Below are positions 7,857 through 16,727 of a stretch of DNA of 23,058 nucleotides, in pieces; positions within the stretch are counted from its first letter, which is position 1, and every line of letters begins with the position of its first letter. The DNA is from a virus, in the IMG/VR virus record IMGVR_UViG_3300017725_001848; one strand, given 5' to 3'. The notes beneath the pieces are model-generated. The model ran no database searches and had not been told where the DNA came from. It worked only from the letters and a program-made list of their open reading frames with translations. A program made the translations under genes and the position numbers.

Positions 7857-8127
7857 TCTAATGGGACCAAATGGTGAATCTATAGATAGACTATACGGTT
7901 CTCCAGCAAGTGGAGGTCATATGAGATTAATCAATAAAGACTTTACCGAGTATAAAGGTAATATCCATAAACGAGCATTATCAAAAAAAGGACTTGACGG
8001 ATCTAGATTTAGAAGTTATTGTTATGTAACAGATGATGAAAGATGGTTTGATAGAAGTGGAATGCCAATCAATAAACCAAACGATTTACTAAAAGAGAGT
8101 AGCAGTGAGCCTAAGACAGAACTATAA
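7834..8127 (+). CDS. Hypothetical protein
   Basis: 97-aa ORF with GAGGAG SD. Confidence 0.8.
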   Translation: MNTEVVSNLMGPNGESIDRLYGSPASGGHMRLINKDFTEYKGNIHKRALSKKGLDGSRFRSYCYVTDDERWFDRSGMPINKPNDLLKESSSEPKTEL

Positions 8128-8293
8128 AAACATCTTAATTAACTTAGAAAATAATTGCGATATAGCAAGTAGACAATGGGTAGAGACACAAGACCCAGGA
8201 TACTTGAGAGCATATGAACACTACAAAAATGAAATGATAAGAATAAAAGAAATGATTATAGAGAGTGAAAGACAAGGAGAATTAGATGTTTGA
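8105..8293 (+). CDS. Hypothetical protein
   Basis: 62-aa ORF with GTG start, overlapping both neighbours. Confidence 0.65.
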   Translation: MSLRQNYKNILINLENNCDIASRQWVETQDPGYLRAYEHYKNEMIRIKEMIIESERQGELDV

Positions 8294-8690
8294 TCAATTT
8301 AAACCTACAACACAAATGTTAGGCAGATGGCAACCTTGGCATCCTGGACACACAGAATTATTTAAGAAAGCTCTTGCTGAAACAGGGCAAGTATGTATTC
8401 AGATTAGAACTGTACCACAAGACACAGATGCGTCAGGTGGACGTACTATGAAACAAGATGATAATCCTTTTATTGTTACCGATGTTGAAGAAAATATCAA
8501 GAAAGAACTAGCAAAAGAAGGCTTTACATATAACGAGGAATATGTTATAATGATTGTTCCTAACATAGTTGATATAAGCTATGGAAGGGGAGTAGGGTAT
8601 ACATTTACCCAGCATGATCTAGGAGAAGATATCCATAAGATTAGTGCTACAGGCATTCGCGAAGGAATGCGAAAGAACGGAGAACTATAA
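8286..8690 (+). CDS. HxGH-superfamily nucleotidyltransferase (cytidylyltransferase-like)
   Basis: GRWQPWHPGH, DNPF, ISATGIR motifs; AAGGAG SD. Confidence 0.85.
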   Translation: MFDQFKPTTQMLGRWQPWHPGHTELFKKALAETGQVCIQIRTVPQDTDASGGRTMKQDDNPFIVTDVEENIKKELAKEGFTYNEEYVIMIVPNIVDISYGRGVGYTFTQHDLGEDIHKISATGIREGMRKNGEL

Positions 8691-8693
8691 AAT

Positions 8694-8828
8694 ATGACTA
8701 CTTTAATTATAGGAATATTAATAGGATGGTTAATTCCAAGACCAATTTACGTTGGAAAAATCGAGTCTACTATTTGGGCTCCAATTAAGGCTAAACTACC
8801 TGAAAGTATTACAAAACATTTTGGGTAA
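8694..8828 (+). CDS. 44-aa small protein with hydrophobic N-terminus (MTTLIIGILIGWLIPRP...)
   Basis: Manually translated; GGAG SD; fills the intergenic gap. Confidence 0.65.
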   Translation: MTTLIIGILIGWLIPRPIYVGKIESTIWAPIKAKLPESITKHFG

Positions 8829-8840
8829 GGAAAGGAAACT

Positions 8841-9038
8841 ATGAACACACATGAACAGATAATGGCACACTATGAAACTTATCTAAGTGAGCAAGAAGCA
8901 TTTGAAACTAAAGGCGTAAAAGCGGCCGCATCTAGAGCAAGAAAAGCATTAGGTGAAATGGGCAAGTTATCAAAAGCTAGACGTAAAGAAATTCAAGATA
9001 AGAAGAATGAAATGACGTCTAAAAAAGCAGTAATGTAA
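8841..9038 (+). CDS. Histone H1-like (Hc1-type) basic nucleoid protein
   Basis: KGVKAAASRARKALGEMGKLSKARRKEIQ matches the KGNKAAxxRAR pattern of the Hc1 family. Confidence 0.7.
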   Translation: MNTHEQIMAHYETYLSEQEAFETKGVKAAASRARKALGEMGKLSKARRKEIQDKKNEMTSKKAVM

Positions 9039-9059
9039 CAACAGTAACCAAGGAGGGTT

Positions 9060-9260
9060 ATGACAAGTGTAGATGATTACGATAATGACAAGTCGTTTGA
9101 AAACGAACAAAGCACAGTAACAATACCCTTAAAAGAGTATGACAAGTTAAGAGAAAAACAAAAGTATATTACTGACAAAGATATGATTTCAGTAGTAGAT
9201 AAGATAGAAGAACTTGTCAGAGCATTAAGAAAACATATAGTCAGATCGGAGTTTGATTAA
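9060..9260 (+). CDS. Hypothetical protein
   Basis: 66-aa ORF with AGGAGG SD. Confidence 0.8.
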   Translation: MTSVDDYDNDKSFENEQSTVTIPLKEYDKLREKQKYITDKDMISVVDKIEELVRALRKHIVRSEFD

Positions 9261-9456
9261 TATGGGTAGAAAGATTAATATAAAGATCTCCGACGGCAAA
9301 GAGTTTAACGAAGAGAAAGAAGGATTAGGTTTAAAGAAGATATTTAAATCAGTTTGTCATTCAGCTCCAAAAGGAACAAAAGAGTTAAGAGTGGAGTATA
9401 CAAATCGTAAAGGAACTGCCGTAGACAGATGGGTTAAGATACCTAAAGAAAAATAA
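9253..9456 (+). CDS. Hypothetical basic protein (start may be ATG 9262)
   Basis: ORF in the coupled gene run. Confidence 0.7.
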   Translation: MINMGRKINIKISDGKEFNEEKEGLGLKKIFKSVCHSAPKGTKELRVEYTNRKGTAVDRWVKIPKEK

Positions 9457-9644
9457 TGAGAACTGTTTTATTAATTGTTACTTGTTTGATGCTAACTGGT
9501 TGTTTTGGGCCACCTATAATGTATGTAGGAGGACTAACAGTAACCGCAGTTGATATAGCATCTATTCCAGCTAAGAATAAGATAAGAAAAGAAATCATTA
9601 AAAACGAAAACGAGAAGAAGGCACTAATAACTAATGAACAGTAA
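9456..9644 (+). CDS. Putative small lipoprotein
   Basis: MRTVLLIVTCLMLTG-C signal with LTGC lipobox. Confidence 0.7.
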   Translation: MRTVLLIVTCLMLTGCFGPPIMYVGGLTVTAVDIASIPAKNKIRKEIIKNENEKKALITNEQ

Positions 9645-10320
9645 GATCATAAAACAATTACAAGTCATGTTCACCGCAAGTCCTCAGCTGATGCGAGACA
9701 CTGACTTATTGAGAAAGGCTATTAATGGAACATTTGGTGTTGATATTAATATTAGCTCTTTTGATAATGTAGAAAACCTTACAAAAATAATTGATCATGA
9801 AGTACTTAAGAACTATTTTAGTAAGGTGTGGCAACCACAAACAAAGAGGTACAAGTATAGTGGGTTATCAATAATTGATGAAGTAAACAACCTACAGCCC
9901 AAGAAAGTATTAGACTTGGGCTGTGGTTACAATGAATTTAAAGGCAAAGTCAACAACCTTATTGGAATTGATCCTTATAATGATAAGGCAGATGTGCAAT
10001 CTGGAATATTAGAGTACAATGCACAGACCAATTTTGATGTTGTAATATGTTTAGGTAGTATAAACTTTGGTACCGTAGATAAGATTTATTCTGAATTAGA
10101 ACACACAGTAAACCTAACAAAGCAAGGTGGGTTACTATATTTTAGAGCAAATCCAGGAACACAACACGAAGCACCTGAAGCAAAATGGATTGAGTTTTTC
10201 GAGTGGACAACCGAATTCATTATCAATAGTGCAGAACGATTAGGTTGTGAACTAGTTACGTTGAACCAGGATATGGGCGAAAGAGGCTCACGATACTATT
10301 TTGTATTAAAGAAACTATAA
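9634..10320 (+). CDS. Class I SAM-dependent methyltransferase
   Basis: VLDLGCG motif I, GID, FDVVICLGS, LxxGG. Confidence 0.9.
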   Translation: MNSKIIKQLQVMFTASPQLMRDTDLLRKAINGTFGVDINISSFDNVENLTKIIDHEVLKNYFSKVWQPQTKRYKYSGLSIIDEVNNLQPKKVLDLGCGYNEFKGKVNNLIGIDPYNDKADVQSGILEYNAQTNFDVVICLGSINFGTVDKIYSELEHTVNLTKQGGLLYFRANPGTQHEAPEAKWIEFFEWTTEFIINSAERLGCELVTLNQDMGERGSRYYFVLKKL

Positions 10321-10359
10321 GAAATTCATCATTATGTAGGTATTAAATCCTACAGATGA

Positions 10360-10491
10360 TAAATAAATGTAACAGTAAAGAGCTTTACTGTTCCTTCCAA
10401 CGTCAATATACAATACCCAAGCGAGTGCAAGGGAGCAAGTATCTCATAAGTTACAATAGGTTTTTATGAGTTTTGTTTAAAGCAAATTGAC
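10360..10491 (+). promoter_or_regulatory. TAAATA promoter motif followed by a structured 5' leader of tctC
   Basis: TAAATA 10360-10365; perfect inverted repeat 10371-10392; multi-stem junction closed by GTCAAT 10402-10407 / ATTGAC 10486-10491. Confidence 0.55.
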
Positions 10492-10521
10492 ACTTTCAAA
10501 AAAACAATACGGAGAATAAAG

Positions 10522-11589
10522 ATGAAAAAACTATTAGTCAGTGCATTAATTGCATTCGGTTTAATGGCAGGATCAGCTCAGGCTGATTATACCTTAATTG
10601 TTCCTCAGGAGCCTGGTAAAGGTACTTCTGTATGGGGCGAAATTATTGCTAAGAACTTAGAAAAGTTCTTACCAGATGGAGAGAAAGTTGTTATTAGACA
10701 CATTCCAGGTGCTAGAGATATTCCTGGATATAACAAGTTCCATAACTCACTAAGATTTGATGACAAAACAATCATGGTTGCACATGGTGGTAACGGTGTA
10801 TCGTTTCTATTAGATAAAGTTGATTACAATTATTTTGAATATGACTTAATTGGTTCAATGAATAATGATATCGTTCTTGGTAAACAAAACGGTAAAGATG
10901 AAAAAACAGGCACGTGGATTATTGCTGGTGGATCAGGCTATGAGCCAGATGGCGCCGCTCTTGCTATGCTTGTTTGTGGACCACAACCAAACGGTTCAAT
11001 TGATGCATATCTAGAATGTTGGAGAGATCGTGTTAATTGGATTAACGGTGTTGCAGGCGGAGAAAAACGTCTAGGCTTTATGAACGGTGAATTTGATGTA
11101 ACAAGAGAATCACCAGCGGCATGGAATCGTTTTTACACAGACGTTGAACAAGAACTATGGTTCACACATGGTATTTTGGACTTAGAAAACAAAGTACAAA
11201 TGAATGATCCAAACTTCCCAGGTTCTCAAATGGAAGATGTATATGAGAAGTTATGGGGCGAAAGACCATCAGGTGAGTTATATGAAGCATACCGACTTAC
11301 TCGTAACTGGCGTGATGTTGTTCAGAAATCATTATGGGTAAACAAAGGTAATCCAAATACACAAATCCTACGTGACGCATTGCACGAAATGATTAATGAT
11401 CCAGTAGCAAGTGCAGAAATTTATGCTAAAACTGGAACGTATCCTTGGATTGAAGGTAAAGATGGACAAAAAATGCTTGACATTATGAAGTCATTGATTA
11501 CAGAAGACGCATTGAAAAATGCAGTTAGATGGAATCAAGAAGCATATGGTTTCCCATCAATCTACAAACCAGAGCTACTAGAACAATAG
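10522..11589 (+). CDS. tctC: Tripartite tricarboxylate transporter substrate-binding protein (TctC/Bug-like, divergent)
   Basis: Signal peptide (AQA), LIVPxxPGxGT...VVIRHIPGA motif, adjacent to tctA. Confidence 0.8.
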   Translation: MKKLLVSALIAFGLMAGSAQADYTLIVPQEPGKGTSVWGEIIAKNLEKFLPDGEKVVIRHIPGARDIPGYNKFHNSLRFDDKTIMVAHGGNGVSFLLDKVDYNYFEYDLIGSMNNDIVLGKQNGKDEKTGTWIIAGGSGYEPDGAALAMLVCGPQPNGSIDAYLECWRDRVNWINGVAGGEKRLGFMNGEFDVTRESPAAWNRFYTDVEQELWFTHGILDLENKVQMNDPNFPGSQMEDVYEKLWGERPSGELYEAYRLTRNWRDVVQKSLWVNKGNPNTQILRDALHEMINDPVASAEIYAKTGTYPWIEGKDGQKMLDIMKSLITEDALKNAVRWNQEAYGFPSIYKPELLEQ

Positions 11590-11599
11590 GAGAGTAGCT

Positions 11600-13123
11600 A
11601 TGGAATTCATGTGGATGGAATATGTAATGTGGGCTATGGCCGGCACCGCGTATGGAATGCTAATTGGTATTATCCCTATCGCAGGTGTTACCACAGCACT
11701 AATTACTGTCTTCAGCATGGGTGCATATTTTATGGCCGACCCCTACTTGGGGTTGGTCTTTCTGACTGCAATCGTGGCAAGTTGTGCTAGTGCCGATAGT
11801 TATACAAGTATTCTTACTGGTATACCTGGTGCAAGTACGACTGCGGCCTGTGTTATTGATGGTTACCCTATGGCAAAGAAAGGTCAAGCGGCAAGAGCAA
11901 TGGGAATTGCTATAACTGATTCTACATTTAATGGAGTTATATTTGCGGCATTGACTTTCTTTTTACTTCCTTATTATGGAAAAGTCATAGTATTATTTGG
12001 ACGTCCAGAGTTTCTGGGCTTCATGACAATGGCCCTAGCCTGTGTAGGCTTTGTGGCAAGTAAAAATGTTTTCTTAAGTATCTGTGCTATTATCTTTGGA
12101 TTATGTGTAGGTATGGTAGGAGAAGATGTTGTAAGTAATCCTAGGCTAACGTTTGGTTGGGAATATTTACAAAACGGAATAGGTATGGTAGTTTTACTAT
12201 CAGGACTATTTGGAGTTCCAGAACTATTAGATGGATTTAAGAAACAATTGAAATCAGCGGCACCGCCACTTGAGGGAGACTATTGGTCTGGACTGAAGCA
12301 AGGCTTTGGTGATTGCAGAAGACATTGGAAAGATATGTGTAGAGGCGGACTAATTGGATTCGTAACTGGCTTATTGCCAGGCGTAGGAGGAGCAGTAGGC
12401 GACTTCTTAGCATACGGTGCCACAAAAGCCGCACACAAAGAAAAAGATCAAGAAGTTCCATTTGGTGAAGGTAATCCTGTAGGGTTACTAGGCTGTGAAG
12501 GAGCCAACAATGCACAGAAAGTATCTAGTATGATACCTGCTTGTTTGTTTGGTATACCTGCGGCACCATTTGCGGCCATGGTTATGGCAATTTGTATGTA
12601 CTTTGGTATGGAGATTGGTAGACCAAGTCTATTAGATGATATCAACTTTACAAACAGTTTGGCATTTGGTTATATTTTTGGAACAATTGGCGTAGCAGTA
12701 TTGAGTATATTTTTATACAAATATATACTTAAAATCTTAGAAGTTCCTTTCTGGATTTATGCAACATTTATTTTGATAGTCATAACGTGGGCTAATATGC
12801 AATACACAGGTGGATGGGAAGACTTTGTTCTACTCGTTATCTTAAGTGCTATTGGTGTAGTATGTAAACACTTTAATATTAGTAGACCAGCAATTCTAGT
12901 TGCATACGTTGTAGCATTTAAAATTGATGAATATTTTTGGGGAACACTACAGTTGTACGGTTATAAATTCTGGAAACCAGGATTTAGTTCAATGTCAGAC
13001 TTTAGATGGTTTGATTTATTCAACATTTATAATCACCCTATCTTTATATTTTGCATACTAGTTGCACTAGGCATATTTATAAACAGTCTAGTAAGAAAAG
13101 ACAAAGGAATTGATTACGTATAA
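11600..13123 (+). CDS. tctA: Tripartite tricarboxylate transporter permease TctA
   Basis: Polytopic; SILTGIPG, DGYPMAKKG, GLLPGVGG, EGANNA, LFGIP motifs. Confidence 0.93.
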   Translation: MEFMWMEYVMWAMAGTAYGMLIGIIPIAGVTTALITVFSMGAYFMADPYLGLVFLTAIVASCASADSYTSILTGIPGASTTAACVIDGYPMAKKGQAARAMGIAITDSTFNGVIFAALTFFLLPYYGKVIVLFGRPEFLGFMTMALACVGFVASKNVFLSICAIIFGLCVGMVGEDVVSNPRLTFGWEYLQNGIGMVVLLSGLFGVPELLDGFKKQLKSAAPPLEGDYWSGLKQGFGDCRRHWKDMCRGGLIGFVTGLLPGVGGAVGDFLAYGATKAAHKEKDQEVPFGEGNPVGLLGCEGANNAQKVSSMIPACLFGIPAAPFAAMVMAICMYFGMEIGRPSLLDDINFTNSLAFGYIFGTIGVAVLSIFLYKYILKILEVPFWIYATFILIVITWANMQYTGGWEDFVLLVILSAIGVVCKHFNISRPAILVAYVVAFKIDEYFWGTLQLYGYKFWKPGFSSMSDFRWFDLFNIYNHPIFIFCILVALGIFINSLVRKDKGIDYV

Positions 13124-13848
13124 TGCGACATCAAACTAACTGGAATAAAAAACTATCTGATCCCAAGAATGCAAAAAGTTCTTGGGATTGGACTGTTCAA
13201 CATAGTGAATATCATTTTGATGATTCAGTAGTAGAACAAGAAGGTGATTGGTTTAAAGTATTAGGTAGATTTAAAGGTAATTGGCAACAAGACACAGATG
13301 CTATTATAAAAGCCGCCAGTCCAATAACATGGGCAACAAGAAAATACTACAAAGAAAATTACGACCCAAGTCCAATGTTAGAACAAGAAGAACGTGACAT
13401 AGCAAACGTAGGAGTTGATCCTAGTAAACTTATGCTCACAAATATGTTGGAAGATTTAGACAAGTATCCAACACTAAAAAAGATGTGTGATTATTTTGAA
13501 GTAACAGGTAATTACAAATATAGAATTCATGTCCAATTAACAGGACAAATGTTTAACACACATATAGATAAACTATGGCACTTATCTGAGCATGACCCAG
13601 AGCAGATATGTAGAATGAGTATTATGCTAGAAGATTGGAAGCCAGGACAGTTTTATCAATATGGAAATCATACTTACACAGGTTGGAAAGCAGGAGAAGC
13701 TCATATATTTGATTGGGCTAACGTTCCTCATTCAACGGCTAACGCAAGTATGTACGCAAGACCATTGTTACAAGTAACAGGATTAAAAACAAAAAAGACA
13801 CGTGAACTAATCAACAATGGATCAAGCGATATAGTATGGGAAATCTAA
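13123..13848 (+). CDS. 2OG-Fe(II) oxygenase-like (cupin/DSBH) protein
   Basis: HID...PHSTAN...R triad pattern; TAATG-coupled to tctA. Confidence 0.7.
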   Translation: MRHQTNWNKKLSDPKNAKSSWDWTVQHSEYHFDDSVVEQEGDWFKVLGRFKGNWQQDTDAIIKAASPITWATRKYYKENYDPSPMLEQEERDIANVGVDPSKLMLTNMLEDLDKYPTLKKMCDYFEVTGNYKYRIHVQLTGQMFNTHIDKLWHLSEHDPEQICRMSIMLEDWKPGQFYQYGNHTYTGWKAGEAHIFDWANVPHSTANASMYARPLLQVTGLKTKKTRELINNGSSDIVWEI

Positions 13849-13849
13849 T

Positions 13850-14917
13850 ATGTTTAAAAGACATTGTTTGTTTCAACCTCTACAAAATTGTATAGTAGGT
13901 CGTAGCTATTCACCAGAGTTTTATAACTTTATTGAACACTCTGGCACAAGAAGCAGATGGCAACGTATAGCAGAAGAAACAGAAGAAGACTATCAACATC
14001 TAATTAATCTATTACAACAGTTTGGTGTAGAAACAATTAGACCTGTTGTAGAAGAAAAAGCAGAGTTTGTAGAAAGAAAAACAAGCAATGCATGGTTTAA
14101 GCAGTTTGGATTTCAAAACGGCGAAACAGATTATCCTGTATATAATTGTGTAGTACCTCCACCAATGGAACCACGTGATTGGTTTATGATGATGGGTGAA
14201 CAATTTATTCATTGGTTGAAACCTGATCAAATATCACAGTATCAAAATATATTAGAATTTATACATAACCAAGGCAACCTAGTTTCACATAGCAATACAG
14301 TATTGAATGCTGAAGGTTGGATTACTAAGATAGGTACAAGAATTACATATAGTTTAGGAGGAGCCCAATGGTTCCCACAACCAAGAACTGAGTTTGATAA
14401 GTTTGTTAGAGAGTTTGCAAGTGAATACGATAATAAGTTTTATGATGTACAAGGATTTGCAGACGGAGTTTATAGACCACTTAAACCTGGTGTGTTATTA
14501 AGTTTATATGAAGCACCACGTTATGCTAGTACGTTTCCTAATTGGGAAGTAATTAGTGTTCTTAACGATAGCTGGACTAAAATGGATAAGTGGTTAGAAT
14601 ATAAACAAAGTCGTAGTTATAAAATGTGGAATAAAGATGCTGACCGAGTAAGAAAAGAACTTGCGTATGAATGGTTAGACAACGGCTGGCAAGAGTATTG
14701 CAGTAAAAATGTATTTGATGCAAACATATTAAGCATAGATGAATCAAATGTTATTGTGTTTAATTATCGTAAAGATGTATTTGATAGATTAAAAGCAAAC
14801 AATATAACACCACATATTAGTCACTTCCGTCATAGATATTTTTGGGGTGGTGGCATACATTGTATAACTAGCGATATAAATCGTAAAGGTAATTTGGAGA
14901 ATTATTTTGGACACTAA
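13850..14917 (+). CDS. Amidinotransferase-fold (pentein) protein
   Basis: IAEETEED, PRD, FDANIL, GGGIHCITSD motifs. Confidence 0.85.
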   Translation: MFKRHCLFQPLQNCIVGRSYSPEFYNFIEHSGTRSRWQRIAEETEEDYQHLINLLQQFGVETIRPVVEEKAEFVERKTSNAWFKQFGFQNGETDYPVYNCVVPPPMEPRDWFMMMGEQFIHWLKPDQISQYQNILEFIHNQGNLVSHSNTVLNAEGWITKIGTRITYSLGGAQWFPQPRTEFDKFVREFASEYDNKFYDVQGFADGVYRPLKPGVLLSLYEAPRYASTFPNWEVISVLNDSWTKMDKWLEYKQSRSYKMWNKDADRVRKELAYEWLDNGWQEYCSKNVFDANILSIDESNVIVFNYRKDVFDRLKANNITPHISHFRHRYFWGGGIHCITSDINRKGNLENYFGH

Positions 14918-15116
14918 ATTAAGAAGTGTAGTAAAAACTATTAGTTGGAGACTGACAGGAACATTATGTACGTTCTTAATTAGTTGGGCCATACTAGGAG
15001 ACATTGCGACTAGTAGTGCAATAGCTCTTATTCAGCTCACATTTAATACCATTGTATTCTACTTCCACGAACGTCTATGGAATCTGATCAAATGGGGCAA
15101 AGACAAATCAAACTAA
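14907..15116 (+). CDS. DUF2061-like small membrane protein
   Basis: RSVVKTISWR...FYFHERLW; TTG start with GGAG SD. Confidence 0.8.
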   Translation: MDTKLRSVVKTISWRLTGTLCTFLISWAILGDIATSSAIALIQLTFNTIVFYFHERLWNLIKWGKDKSN

Positions 15117-15806
15117 ATTTCTTTCTATTTGATAATCAATCGCATAATCTAACTTAGGCAATACATTTATATTTAATACGTATCTATCTCGATTACCATC
15201 TTTATTTTTAGCATTATGAGGCTTACCAGCATCTAAGAAATATATTTTATTTGATCTCTTTACAGTATAATCTTTATCTAACACAGTCCAGGTATAATCA
15301 ATATCTGGAGTTAAACATATATGAAGCCTAATTCCTTTGTACCAAGGATAATCCATATGTAGTCTTTGACCTAAGTTACATCCAGCTTCCAATTTAATTA
15401 ATCGTAATTGTGTTACTGTACCTCTAAATTTAGATACGAGTTCATCTAGATATGGAAACCAAGCATCTGTTTTTTCTGTAAAGTTAGTGTCAAAATCAGT
15501 TTTCCAATCGTGATTAACACTATTACTAGATAGTCCATCTTGTAGTGGATTTTCTGCATTCGGAAAACTTTTAAAACATAACCCATAGTAACCAGGCCAT
15601 GTATCTGTACCCCACGTACTTGGATGTCCTTTATTAATTCCTTTTGGATAAGGAAACATTCCATAATTATCTATAGATTGTTTTATACCAATGTCTAGCT
15701 CTTTTAAATTAACATTATAGTGTTTATTTAGAGCCACAACATTGTGTGAGCTTAATGCATAATTGCTATAATAGTCTTTCCATTTTTGAACATCGTATTT
15801 TTTCAT
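15108..15806 (-). CDS. 2OG-Fe(II) oxygenase (Asp/Asn beta-hydroxylase-like)
   Basis: RLIKL...HMD...RLHI...PHNAKN...R. Confidence 0.8.
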   Translation of the reverse strand: MKKYDVQKWKDYYSNYALSSHNVVALNKHYNVNLKELDIGIKQSIDNYGMFPYPKGINKGHPSTWGTDTWPGYYGLCFKSFPNAENPLQDGLSSNSVNHDWKTDFDTNFTEKTDAWFPYLDELVSKFRGTVTQLRLIKLEAGCNLGQRLHMDYPWYKGIRLHICLTPDIDYTWTVLDKDYTVKRSNKIYFLDAGKPHNAKNKDGNRDRYVLNINVLPKLDYAIDYQIERNLV

Positions 15807-16051
15807 ACTAAATTGTATTTCTTCAGTTTATGAATTAGCAATGTTCTACCAATTCCTAAATGGTCAGCAGTTTTAGTCCTATTACCTTCATGTAATGATA
15901 GAGCATTGATTATTCTTTCTTTTTCTAAGTTCTCTACTTCAGTAGCAAGTGGAATATTAATTATATTAGCACCCCAATCTAGCTGATCCATAGCCTCAAA
16001 TAGTGCATCTTGTTCTAACTGATTATCTTTCAGCGATTGATGTCTAAACAT
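15803..16051 (-). CDS. Stand-alone Fis-type helix-turn-helix protein
   Basis: LEKERIINAL...GNRTKTADHLGIGRTLLIHKLKKY, like the C-terminal HTH of NtrC-family proteins; AAGGAG SD. Confidence 0.9.
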   Translation of the reverse strand: MFRHQSLKDNQLEQDALFEAMDQLDWGANIINIPLATEVENLEKERIINALSLHEGNRTKTADHLGIGRTLLIHKLKKYNLV

Positions 16052-16175
16052 TTAAATCTCCTTGGTCTAAATCATTAAAACTAATGTAAATATTTTTACA
16101 CCTTTTAATAAATATGTATATAGTTAATTATATCCTTTAGGATATTAGTATGTTATTATAGGAGTCAACAATACT

Positions 16176-16727
16176 ATGACAGTATTTATAAGAAGTTTTT
16201 TAGTAGTTGTAATCGTTACATTATTTTCTGGTCAAGTATTAGCTGATCCTATCGTAACTGAATCAACAAGTAATGTCACTACAAAAGGGACAACAGAAAC
16301 GACAGTAAAAAGCCCACCACCAAGTGCAATATCACCAAGTATCAATAGCAGTAATTCAGACCTATGTACAGTAGGTGTATCTGGTGCAGTACAAACCCAG
16401 ATACTAGGTATTAGTGGAGGATCAACAGTTAGAGATTTAAACTGTGAGAGACTCAAGTTATCTAAAACAATTTATGATATGGGTATGAAGGTCGCCGCAG
16501 TAAGTATTATGTGTCAGGACGAAAGAGTATTCAAAGCCATGGAGATGGCAGGTACCCCTTGTCCATTTAGAGGTAAGATAGGTGAAGAAGCTCAAGCAGA
16601 ATGGGACGCTGAAGAGAATAAAGAACTTTTACCTAGTGCCATAGAACAGGAAACACGTAAAAATGATAAACTTGAAGGCGCGGCTATGGGTGTTGGTGCT
16701 AGTTTGTTGTTGCTTCTGTTACTCTAA
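16176..16727 (+). CDS. Exported protein with signal peptide and C-terminal hydrophobic tail
   Basis: Signal (VLA-D), PPPSAISPS, 4 Cys, ends GASLLLLLL; AGGAG upstream. Confidence 0.85.
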   Translation: MTVFIRSFLVVVIVTLFSGQVLADPIVTESTSNVTTKGTTETTVKSPPPSAISPSINSSNSDLCTVGVSGAVQTQILGISGGSTVRDLNCERLKLSKTIYDMGMKVAAVSIMCQDERVFKAMEMAGTPCPFRGKIGEEAQAEWDAEENKELLPSAIEQETRKNDKLEGAAMGVGASLLLLLLL

